Virus record (IMG/VR): IMGVR_UViG_3300037493_003022
Coordinates: 1-64,000 of that record
Direction: 5' to 3' (one strand)
Length of the DNA stretch: 64,000 bases
Source of the DNA: a virus
Shown here in pieces: positions 8,879-18,400 of this stretch. The notes beneath the pieces were generated by a model. The model did not search any database, was not told the origin of the DNA, and saw nothing but the letters and a program-made list of their open reading frames with translations. The first letter of the stretch is position 1. The number at the start of each line of letters is the position of its first letter. A program made the position numbers and the translations under genes.

Positions 8879-9080
8879 TTTCAGACCCCTTTACTTCTCC
8901 TAATTTAACACCCGAGAGACCTACATTTGAATCAAACTTAGCTTTTCTGGCTTCGTTCTTCAGTTTCTGAATTTTATCCTTTTCATACTTTATCGCAAGG
9001 ACTATCGACAGTATTCCCACTACAGCTAACAGCAGCGCCAACGCTTGTTTCTTTATCCATGCCAGTGCTTGTCTCATCAA
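8724..9080 (-). CDS. i-spanin-like protein
   Basis: Single N-terminal TM helix followed by a charged coiled coil; follows the holin candidate. Confidence 0.55.
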   Translation of the reverse strand: MMRQALAWIKKQALALLLAVVGILSIVLAIKYEKDKIQKLKNEARKAKFDSNVGLSGVKLGEVKGSENVLKAEDVNLQNWIRSDDKAIEEAKKPKDRTTEDTVSGFNRIYGRNNESGR

Positions 9081-9444
9081 TTTGCTCCTCTTCGATGTCG
9101 AGATCGTATTTCTTTTTTACCCACTGCTTGAACACATTAAAGCCCAGAATCGAGATACCCGAGCATCCCATAAAATAAAAAATCTTTTCGATAACGGTAT
9201 CTACAGAGGGGTACACTTCGCCTGGCCATAACGAACCGGGGATGACACCCAAGAACAAAAGAATAACTGGATAGATCCGCCTTCCCCAGAAAATAGTTCT
9301 ACTCTTTACTGCCATCCCCTTGGTGAAGACTCGAGTCTTCAAAGTTTGTGCGAGGATAGTAATAAGGAAGATGAAGAAAATTCCGGGCCAATGAGGGAAC
9401 AGAGACTCCATGATGAACGAAACAAACTGGGATAGGGTTTCCAT
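8983..9444 (-). CDS. putative holin
   Basis: Three hydrophobic segments and a charged C-terminal tail; SD AAGGAGG; end of the late region. Confidence 0.55.
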   Translation of the reverse strand: METLSQFVSFIMESLFPHWPGIFFIFLITILAQTLKTRVFTKGMAVKSRTIFWGRRIYPVILLFLGVIPGSLWPGEVYPSVDTVIEKIFYFMGCSGISILGFNVFKQWVKKKYDLDIEEEQIDETSTGMDKETSVGAAVSCSGNTVDSPCDKV

Positions 9445-9504
9445 GAGACCTCCTTATGTCTAAGGAAAGTCTACTACGACTGGAAAGATTCCGCTAGGAG
9501 ACTA

Positions 9505-10800
9505 TCAGGTAGGCGTCGTGAGAAGGCCGTGGACCCAGACATCGCAGGTCATGACGGTAGCCGTACCAGCTACTGACTCGACGTTCGCGTACAGGGTGGC
9601 GTTGCCTGCGATGTTGAACGTCCCAGCGGGCAGGGGAATTATCCGGGTATCCCCGACGAGCACGAGACCCGTCATGGTGCTGTTCGAAAGAATCTGAGCG
9701 CCGTCAGAAGCGGTTCCCACATTGAGAGCACCTGCGGTCGGAGTCCCGGTCACCGTGGCAACTGTCACGACGATGTGAGTAGGGCCGAACTTCTTGCCGA
9801 AATCGCCCGTGAGCTGCGCGCTGACTTCGTTCTCGTCAATGATGAAATTCAGACCGGCGAGCTTGAGGGCCATCGTGTGGTCATTCACGCGGATAAGCGT
9901 GGTGGCCTGCGTGCCAGTCATGAACCCGTCAGCTCCACCTGCGACGACATCTGCATGCAGAGTACCGCCGAGCTGGTCTCCGTGGGCATGGGCGTGGTCG
10001 TCGTTCGACGGACGATCACTCGTACCAGCCGCCGCCGTTCCAATGGCCGCTGGGGTGACGGCAGAAGGAGCGTGGTGGATGATATACCAGGCATTCGAAT
10101 ACCAAACGATGATGTCGCCGGTCAGGAAAACCTGTGCGGTATTCGTGCGAGTGGCGTTGTTGTCCGTACAGCCTGTGGTCACGCGGTAGACGTGCCCGGT
10201 CTTGACCAACCCGATGAGCGGGAAGTCTGCGGCAGCCGCGATGTTACCTCTGAACTGGAAAGCCATCTGAGGCGCGAGAATCGTCCAGCCGGTTCCGTTC
10301 CACTGGATGGTATCGCCGTTCGTGAACACGCCACTCGTGTTGGTCTTCGTGGCGTCGTTGTCGATGACTGCTGCCGTCACGAGGTAGCAGTGGCCGGACT
10401 TCACCCCAGTAGAACCCGTTGGAGCCGGGAAGCCAGCCGCGTTCGCGATGGTGCCTTTGTACTGGAGAGGATTCGTGAGAGCTGAACCAACCTTGACCCA
10501 GGCAGAGCTGTTCCAGACGATCTCATCGCCTGCGAGGAACGAAACACCCGTGTTCGTGTAGGTAACGCCCGCGTCGTCCGTGACATCGGCGGTGACGACG
10601 TAGAAGTCGCCTTTTAGAACCTCCGCTACGAGAGGGAAGTCGGTGTTAACTGCGATATCGGACACATACGAAAAGGGGCCGGTGATACCGGAGATGGTCG
10701 AATCGATGGAACTCAAGAACGTGTGCAGGCGATGAGCGGCAACGCCACTCTGCCCGGTGTGGCTCAAATCAAGAACACTCGGAATTGCACTGAGGGCCAT
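9505..10800 (-). CDS. virion fibre/decoration protein with three ~70-aa repeats
   Basis: Repeats of (Y/F)xGxIAxAADFP..VK.G..Y.VT..D..TNT..F..GD.I.W; HAHAHG motif; codon style like the capsid gene. Confidence 0.65.
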   Translation of the reverse strand: MALSAIPSVLDLSHTGQSGVAAHRLHTFLSSIDSTISGITGPFSYVSDIAVNTDFPLVAEVLKGDFYVVTADVTDDAGVTYTNTGVSFLAGDEIVWNSSAWVKVGSALTNPLQYKGTIANAAGFPAPTGSTGVKSGHCYLVTAAVIDNDATKTNTSGVFTNGDTIQWNGTGWTILAPQMAFQFRGNIAAAADFPLIGLVKTGHVYRVTTGCTDNNATRTNTAQVFLTGDIIVWYSNAWYIIHHAPSAVTPAAIGTAAAGTSDRPSNDDHAHAHGDQLGGTLHADVVAGGADGFMTGTQATTLIRVNDHTMALKLAGLNFIIDENEVSAQLTGDFGKKFGPTHIVVTVATVTGTPTAGALNVGTASDGAQILSNSTMTGLVLVGDTRIIPLPAGTFNIAGNATLYANVESVAGTATVMTCDVWVHGLLTTPT

Positions 10801-10810
10801 TTTGTCTCCT

Positions 10811-10841
10811 AAAAGAAAACCCGCCGAGTCTCCCCAGCGGG
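10811..10841 (-). terminator. intrinsic terminator-like hairpin
   Basis: CCCGCTG/CGGCGGG stem followed by TTTTCTTTT on the minus strand. Confidence 0.5.
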
Positions 10842-10882
10842 CCTTCTGGTTGAAAGTTTCCTACCTAGAAACCCGCTCTAGA

Positions 10883-11257
10883 TCAGGGCTTGTACTCCAG
10901 GACGAGATCGATACCGGCTGAACTCGGGGTGTCACCAGACGCATACGCTGTGATGGTGCAACCCGTGGTGAGCGCTGTGCGAAGAGCCTCGGGGAGCTTG
11001 CACATCAGGCGACGAACGGCGTTCGGACGCAGCTCATTGGAACCCTGTACGCAGATTTCGTCGGCTTCGGCAACCGCGCCAGCCTGGAAAGCGCCGGACG
11101 TGTTGTTCCAGTAGTAGGTGTCCGCAGTGCGGGTGACCTTGAGGTAGTACGGGAGAGCCTTGGCAGTTTCGATCTGGATGTTGCCGCCGATGCCAGAATC
11201 CGTACCCGCCTGCGAAGAAGCCGCGAAGAGGTCATAACCGATTTTGAGAGTAGCCAT
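10883..11257 (-). CDS. hypothetical virion protein
   Basis: SD AAGGAG; Ala/Thr/Gly-rich; codon style of abundant structural genes. Confidence 0.65.
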   Translation of the reverse strand: MATLKIGYDLFAASSQAGTDSGIGGNIQIETAKALPYYLKVTRTADTYYWNNTSGAFQAGAVAEADEICVQGSNELRPNAVRRLMCKLPEALRTALTTGCTITAYASGDTPSSAGIDLVLEYKP

Positions 11258-11274
11258 TTTCTTTCTCCTTCAGC

Positions 11275-11811
11275 TCAACGAGCTGCGATGAAACCGGCAG
11301 ACATGGTGCCGAGTCTGTGAAGATTCATTTTGGTCTTGATGTCGTTCAACAGTGTGTCGAGTTCCGCCTGAAGAGTGATCGAGTGAGCCGCAGTCACCGT
11401 GTTCGTCGAGTCGTTGAGCATGTGAACGCCCGACTCGGTGAGGTGGGTGTTGAAGTCAGCTTTCATCTCAGCAGCGAGAGTGATGCCCGTCGCGAGAGAA
11501 CTCGCAACCGCAGCAGTGATGGCTGTAGCAGAAGCGGCCATGTGGACGCCCTGATGACCCGTGGAAGCGAGGTGGAGGTTCATAGCCGTCCTCAACTCGT
11601 TTGCCAGGGTGATCGAAGTCGCCAGAGAGCTTGAATTCGCGGACTTGATCTTGTGGTGATCGGCGATACCCTTATGGTAAACCGTCAGCGTCCCTGTAAT
11701 CGCAGTGACCACATCCTCCCGAATATTCTGGAGGAAGTCGAACAGCTTATCAGCTGCTCCACTCGATGCGGTCAAGGCTTGAATGTCCAACTTTCGTAGG
11801 TCTTTGCCCAT
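11275..11811 (-). CDS. His-repeat helical virion protein
   Basis: Three repeats: LANELRTAMNLH, LAAEMKADFNTH, LLNDIKTKMNLH; first two followed by GVHM. Confidence 0.65.
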   Translation of the reverse strand: MGKDLRKLDIQALTASSGAADKLFDFLQNIREDVVTAITGTLTVYHKGIADHHKIKSANSSSLATSITLANELRTAMNLHLASTGHQGVHMAASATAITAAVASSLATGITLAAEMKADFNTHLTESGVHMLNDSTNTVTAAHSITLQAELDTLLNDIKTKMNLHRLGTMSAGFIAAR

Positions 11812-11895
11812 TCGCCTCTACCTCACTTTCTACCCCATTAACCTGGGGCACCGGTTGAAAGAACAACTACAGAATGACAGGAGAAAAAAGAACTG

Positions 11896-14337
11896 TCAAT
11901 CCGCATAGAAAAGAACACGCCCAACATACGACCCTGTTTGGCCGCCAACTATACCTGCGTACTCTATAATAATATACCCACCCCATCCGTTGATTGGAAA
12001 GTAGTTAATATCAAAAAGATTATTGGACTCTATAGGAGCTGCAAAATGAGCGTTTGGAGGAATAGTCATAAAATTTCTAAAATTAACTGGAATTCTATGA
12101 TTTAAGTCAACGGAACCTCCAGACTGATTTAACTGAGTTTGATGGGCTATAATAACCTCCTCGTAGTATTTAAACCCGACTAAGGTATCGCAAGATCTGA
12201 GACAGTCGCCCGATAGATGCTCATTTGCGAGAGTATTCTTACCTGTCATTGACGCCCAGGAATATAAATTCCAGCCGCTCATATACCCAGGGAAGGTGGT
12301 AGTCATAACGCAGTGTGTGATACCGAATCCGCTGATGATTGAGGCATAAGAGTCAACCACCCCGGAAAGAGGCATCCACTTATGAGTATTAGAATCCCAA
12401 GAAACTCCTGAAGTGATCCAAACCGCATGGTCTAAAAGCCATATGGCTCCGTTATAGTTATTCACATCATGGCAAGCGGATATTGTAAGCCTGGGATCTA
12501 CTGATCCGGGCTTTGTATACGGAGCAATATACGCTTCATGAAGAGTCATCAGAGGAGTCATAACCCTGATAGCATCTGTAGCTATTAGGTTAACTTCAAC
12601 CGAAGATGCCAAGGTGGCGTCTCCAGCAGCGGCTACCCTAAAATCGCCACTCATTACCGCAGTAAAGGCTCCAGACATGGCGAGGCTAAAGGTTCTACCT
12701 ATGTAGGCGAGGTCACCGTTGGTATCCATTCCAAGGACAGATCCACCGGGGACTAACAAATTGAATCCGTCGATACCGTAGGAGTAGAGAGTATCCCACT
12801 GCGGAGTGGCATCCACGTCCCAACTCCAGGGAGTTGTCAAGGCGGAATTTTTGTAGCAGAAGCTCGTAAAGCTAGCTCCGTAATAAACCATCGAAGCTGA
12901 AATGGACCCGGCGGGACCACAAGCCTGCGCGTTGTCCAGCCAACATCCAACGCACATCGCATAATTTCCACGGGAAGCTGGGAAAGTTGACTTGCTGGGC
13001 ATCAAGTAAACCGTGATCGTATCCGGGGTGATACCCGAGGTCTCGGTAAGCGCTTTCCCATGAGAACGCCATATTGGAGTGGGAACCATAATCGAAGTCG
13101 AAGGGTGAACCTCATCAACACGAGCATTGATGAACGTGAGAAGTTCCGTGAGGGTATTATAAAGAGTGCCGGGAGTGGTTGAGCTAGGAGTCTGCGTAAT
13201 TCCGTATGACCCTAGAAGAGAAGAACCCAGCCCACTCAATTCAGACCTGAGATCCAGCATGATCTGGTCTACGCAATCTTGAACATTGGGATCTACTCCG
13301 GCGGTAGTGTACCCAATAGAGTCCATGATGGTTTGGTCAAAATAGACAAGCTCTGAATTGTACCCACTGAACGGAGTAAACGGAGCCGTGCTATTAGTTA
13401 TCAACCCATTCGTGATGGCGGATACCGCTGTTCTGGCGACACTGGATAGAACCATCCTTCTTCTTCCAAAGCCAAACTTATTAGCTTCTGACAAAGCAGG
13501 AACAACAGCGCCCTCTGAGACGCGAACAACGGATCTCCGGGCTGTTTTATGAACGCACTCGATACCCACATTCGCGTTTTCGATAGTCGTATCTTCCAGA
13601 TTGCAAATATCATCGAACCAGACCTCTACGTAAATCTGGTCTGTCCTGGGAGACGCTGGGGTAGTCAAAGCCGGGCAAAGAATCTGATAGGTATTTCCAA
13701 TAACCAGATTGGCAGGGATAATGCGAGTCTTAGTAGAACCTGAGATAATGACATCTGTGGTGGTATCAATCTCTACGGTAGTTGATCCATACCCAGGAAG
13801 TATGTATCCGTAGTGCCCATCTTCTGTTCCACTGGTAATCTTTAAGATACACGGAGCATGGATAGGGGCAACCGCAGAAACAGATAGGGAATCCTCTGCT
13901 GTGAAATACTTCGAAGTATCTTCTAAAGAGGCCCCTGTGATGTTCGTGAGAGCACCTGAATAGAGAATCTGGTCGTTGTAATCGAAGTCAATCGGAGGGG
14001 TGTCCATAGTGGTAGGAACAAGAACACCCCCAACGATGGCAAAACCTCCGACGACCTCAAAGTTGTTTACGCTCTGAGAAGCTTGACGGATGAAAAAGCC
14101 GCCAGAGGACACCTCTGAAACAGTGAGGGCGATTCGACACCCATCGGAGCCAAACAGCGCGAGGTTGGATAGGATCTGGGACATCCGAAGATAGTCTTGC
14201 ATCTCATTGATGTCGGAATCAACAACGGGAACACCTTGCTGGAGAGGTGCGGAGTCATACATAACTTCGCAATCCCCAACCAGAAGGTGGGAATAACCAA
14301 AATTGTTTCGACTTACATTCGGTGAATTTCCAGACAT
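11896..14337 (-). CDS. baseplate-attached fibre protein with DUF6519-like N-terminus
   Basis: LQQGVPVVDSDINEMQD resembles the QQGR..DADWNE motif; later RTDQIYVEVW..EDTTI. Confidence 0.6.
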   Translation of the reverse strand: MSGNSPNVSRNNFGYSHLLVGDCEVMYDSAPLQQGVPVVDSDINEMQDYLRMSQILSNLALFGSDGCRIALTVSEVSSGGFFIRQASQSVNNFEVVGGFAIVGGVLVPTTMDTPPIDFDYNDQILYSGALTNITGASLEDTSKYFTAEDSLSVSAVAPIHAPCILKITSGTEDGHYGYILPGYGSTTVEIDTTTDVIISGSTKTRIIPANLVIGNTYQILCPALTTPASPRTDQIYVEVWFDDICNLEDTTIENANVGIECVHKTARRSVVRVSEGAVVPALSEANKFGFGRRRMVLSSVARTAVSAITNGLITNSTAPFTPFSGYNSELVYFDQTIMDSIGYTTAGVDPNVQDCVDQIMLDLRSELSGLGSSLLGSYGITQTPSSTTPGTLYNTLTELLTFINARVDEVHPSTSIMVPTPIWRSHGKALTETSGITPDTITVYLMPSKSTFPASRGNYAMCVGCWLDNAQACGPAGSISASMVYYGASFTSFCYKNSALTTPWSWDVDATPQWDTLYSYGIDGFNLLVPGGSVLGMDTNGDLAYIGRTFSLAMSGAFTAVMSGDFRVAAAGDATLASSVEVNLIATDAIRVMTPLMTLHEAYIAPYTKPGSVDPRLTISACHDVNNYNGAIWLLDHAVWITSGVSWDSNTHKWMPLSGVVDSYASIISGFGITHCVMTTTFPGYMSGWNLYSWASMTGKNTLANEHLSGDCLRSCDTLVGFKYYEEVIIAHQTQLNQSGGSVDLNHRIPVNFRNFMTIPPNAHFAAPIESNNLFDINYFPINGWGGYIIIEYAGIVGGQTGSYVGRVLFYAD

Positions 14338-14411
14338 TTCTTTCCTCCGGGATATCTGTGAGGTCTGTTGGTAGAATACGCTAGAAACGAAGGACTACAA
14401 AATTTCATTCG

Positions 14412-15464
14412 TTAATTAGGGACAGGCTCTACTATGTAGTCAACATTGGAATAGCAAGTCTTAAAGCTAGCTAACAACTCATCAACCCTGGACTCAATTG
14501 CGCTTGTAAAGGCGGAAGAAACACCTGGGATATACTCCAGATCGAGTACGAATCCGTTAACTGAATGCCAGCTACGATCCGTGGTGCTATCATTTGTGTA
14601 CTTATATAAATCAGTTATCTTCCCAATGTTAGATACGTAATTAGGATTCGTAGTGTCAGGAGTTGTGCATCCGTACAAACCATTCGTAAACATAACGTAC
14701 TTCCAACCCTCGTAAACAGTAGCTGCCCAAGTAGAAGCATCCTCAAGCATACTCTCTATGCCAGGCCGAGTTCCCACTAACTTATAGGAGTCAACAGCAC
14801 GAGATGTTTCGACTCTCCTCTTGCTTCCTCCAGCTTGGTGCCAAGTGGGCCAGGCTATTTTAGCATCAAGATACTGAATCAAGTCATCATTGATAGTTTC
14901 GATCTCAAAGAAAGAAGAGAGATGCTCCGCGTCGGTCTTCAAGTCATCGAAGATAGCACCGAGAATCTGGCAGAAATTATAGAGGTCGTGACTTTCGTCG
15001 GCTCTCTGCCAACCCCTGGGAAGAGACGAAAACAAGTAGTCACCAAAACCCCACCTGTCGTAAGGGTACGCCCATCCACGACAAGCGGCTGCATCATGAA
15101 TCCAAACGAGATCATTCCGTTGCTCATATAGGCAGTAGTAATAAGTCTTCAGTGGAACCAAGTCAGTGTTATCAACTTGAACGGAGATTCCACCTTCTCC
15201 AGCGTAGGTATGTTCAAGGATAATAGTAGCGTCCGCATCGTCATGACTCTGTGGCCATTCACCGACCTTGCGCAAAACTTTAATGGAACGATTCCAATCA
15301 GAAGCCTCCAGAAGACCTGGAATATCCAAAGTTACGGATATTGCGAATCCTTCACTCCGGGCATTAACTTGAAAATTAAACTCTCCAAGAGACCTATTAA
15401 GGTCAAGTCCCGCAACGGAACCCATTGAGAAAAACCCTACTGGATTTGCGCCAACTCCGGGCAT
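14412..15464 (-). CDS. baseplate wedge protein (P2 gpI-like) with N-terminal FN3-like domain
   Basis: YLFSSLP..D..LYNF..I.DDLI.YL..IAW..R..A...YKLVGTRPGIE pattern. Confidence 0.7.
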   Translation of the reverse strand: MPGVGANPVGFFSMGSVAGLDLNRSLGEFNFQVNARSEGFAISVTLDIPGLLEASDWNRSIKVLRKVGEWPQSHDDADATIILEHTYAGEGGISVQVDNTDLVPLKTYYYCLYEQRNDLVWIHDAAACRGWAYPYDRWGFGDYLFSSLPRGWQRADESHDLYNFCQILGAIFDDLKTDAEHLSSFFEIETINDDLIQYLDAKIAWPTWHQAGGSKRRVETSRAVDSYKLVGTRPGIESMLEDASTWAATVYEGWKYVMFTNGLYGCTTPDTTNPNYVSNIGKITDLYKYTNDSTTDRSWHSVNGFVLDLEYIPGVSSAFTSAIESRVDELLASFKTCYSNVDYIVEPVPN

Positions 15465-15467
15465 CGA

Positions 15468-18400
15468 TCACGCTCCCTTCAGGGCATTAAGCTCAGAACG
15501 TAGTTGGTCAATCATAACTTGCTGCTCTTGGATAGCCTTAACCATAGGAGCAATAAAGTCTTGGTAGGATAAACTTAAATGTGGGTCTTCTGTATCTGGA
15601 TTGTCAATAGTAGGGTCATCGACAATCTTAAACTTATTGGCATCAACAAGAGCCTGGATCTCTTGAGCGATAAAACCAAAACTCTTTCTGGAAGAAAGTC
15701 CCTTTTCGCGAATCCACCTGTAAGAAACAGGGCGAAGAGCAGTTATAAAATCAAGACCTAATTCAGACGGCTCGATATCATCTTTCAATTTGATGTCAGA
15801 ACTAGTCCAGATAACAGTACCCGTGGGACTATAGAAATTAGTATGCACCCCACTCGTGCCGATTCTAATTTGGCTAGCGGTAGCTGTGGCGCTGCTGCAT
15901 CCAATGTTAATTCCAGAATCAGAAGCTGTAGTAGCTGCACTATTTTGGGAAATGCAGATACCGGAACCCGAGGAAGCGTTGGCGCCTAAAGAAACACCCG
16001 AGAGGGCAGAGGAAGCATTGTATCCGACTGCGACGCCGCCTATTTCAGAACCCGCGACAGCGAGACACCCGATAGCGACAATTCTGGATGCGTTAGACGA
16101 TCCTCCGTGGGCATCTTTCCCTATAATAACATTCTCAAAACCGATAAGCGTGGCAATCGTGGTCTGCCCGGCACCATATCCCATAATCACATTCGAATAA
16201 CCCGTAGTAAGAGAGGTAGCTGCCGTTACGCCCATAATGGTATTGTTATACGCTGTTGTTGCAGCGGACATAACATCTTTACCAATGGCAATATTATAGT
16301 TACCTGTAGTCCACGTAGCAGCGCTTTTTCCAAGAGCGGCGTTGCCTATGGCAATACTATGACTAGCGCTAGTGAGACCTCTACCAGCCTGATGACCAAC
16401 GGCTATATTATAATCACCTGTCGTATTAGTTACTGCTGAATAGAATGCGTGGGAACCAATACCTATGTTGTAATCGCCCGTAACATTCCTGCCAGAGCTA
16501 TCTCCTATCATAGTATTATACAAACATGTAGTGCCTGTATATAAACTATATGCTCCTATGCAAGTATTACTCTGACCCAAGGTTATGTTTGAGCCCGAGT
16601 ACATACCGTAGCCTGAGTTATAACTACCGCTATAAGCAGCGACTCCACCCACGACAGCAGTTAAAGACCCGTAACCGACCGCGGTATTAGATACGCCAGA
16701 ACTTGTTCCTGCTCCTGCGGCCACGGAGTCTAGCGCAGAAGCTCCTACCTTTACGTTAGCAGTGGCAACGTCATGCTCATGGAAATTGAAAGTCCTATAG
16801 GTAATAGCCGCTCCAGAGATAGTAAGAACAGAAGTATTTGTAGTATTACTCGAAGTGCCTGTAGCCGTGATGTCGGTTAGAGGAACCTGAACCCAACTAG
16901 GAGCTGTTCCGGGTCCGTTAGTTCTTAGATACCTACCTGCTGTGGAAGCATTAAGTCTAGTTAGAGCAGACGTGCTACTCGCATAAAGAATATCCCCAAT
17001 AACGTAGGTTCCGTTTCCCGTGCCACCGCGAGTCGCGGAAAGCTGAGCTTCTCCATAAAGAGAAGTACCATCACTGTACACAGCGCCAGAAGCGATTGAA
17101 CTGACTCCGGTTCCACCATCAGCAATACTTACGTCCTGACCACCCGAGCAATAAACAATCCCTGTCGTAGTGCCATTTCCAACAGCTTGGAACGTCTGTA
17201 TGGCACTTGACGCAGAAGAAGCATAAGCAAGAGTACCTACACCCGCGCCAGCTCCTGCAACCTTCAGGGTCGCCGCTGAGAAAGTCTTTGCGCCAGTGTT
17301 GGTCTGGACACCGTTTACCTGCAAGAGAGAAGAGATACCCTGACCGGAGTTCTTGATAAGCTTCCCGGTTGCTCCAGAGAACAGAGCTATGTATCCATCT
17401 AAGGGAGTTCCCAAAGAAGAATCCCAAATGACATCCCCTGTCCCCGGTGAGACCGGGGTAGACCAGGTGTAGACATTCGATCCACTAGCGGTAAGAACCT
17501 GGCCGACGGTTCCCGCTCTATCGGGTAGATTGAAAGTCCACGAAGTAGGCGCGGCTGAAGACTTTATCGTTGTAGTCCCGGAAGTAGATCCCGAGAGAAC
17601 AACGGAAGCCCCGACACCCGTGATCGACATAATACCCGTTGTGCCAATTGTAACAGGACACTGCCGAATGTTCTTTCCAGAGGTCGTATCCCAGACAGCA
17701 ACTGCGCTATCTACAACTACGGTAGGATATGTTCCGCTAACTTTATTAGTAAAGGTATTCCAGTCGCCACTCGTAAGATAGCCCGACGCTCCGGTAGCTG
17801 CCTGAGTAATAGTTATACCCGCGTTTGCGAACAAACAGGCGGCTGTCCCCGTGACAGTAAGAACCCCAGAAGGAAGAGCGGTTAGGTTGCCCTTGACACT
17901 AACTACTGGCTCATATGCGTGAGTATGCCCTGTGACTGAATAGTCAGATAGATACTTACCGGAATCTACGATAGCAGTAGCTGTCGTATTGTTGAATATG
18001 GCGATTCTGTTTACAGCGGACGCCCCGGATCCGACCACGTTCGCATCTACCCAGGCGTTCAACCTCGTGGAACCCGCGCCTGTCATAACAAGTCTGTCCG
18101 CTGTCGGAGTAGCGGTTGCATTGTCCAACTTCAACTTATCAGTGGAAATCATAAAGCCGTTTAGAGAAGTTGTTACGGCCGAATGGAGTGACGTTCCCGG
18201 ACCGAGATTACCGTGAGCATGAACATGGTCAGCTCCAACGAAATCTGTGGAACTTCCGATGACGTTGGTAAGACCTATGGAGCTGGGCGTCCCTCTGGGA
18301 ACTCCGTGGACATGATTGCTCACCGCCCAACTCGAGGCTCCACCTGTGGAAGAGGTGTTCCCAACGAGAAGACCTGCCGGGACACCCGTGGTAAGCCCAT

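Noticed and set aside
10848-11866. Shared CTTTCAACC / TGTTCTTTC words upstream of late genes as a late promoter
   Set aside because: Only two or three short matches with inconsistent spacing
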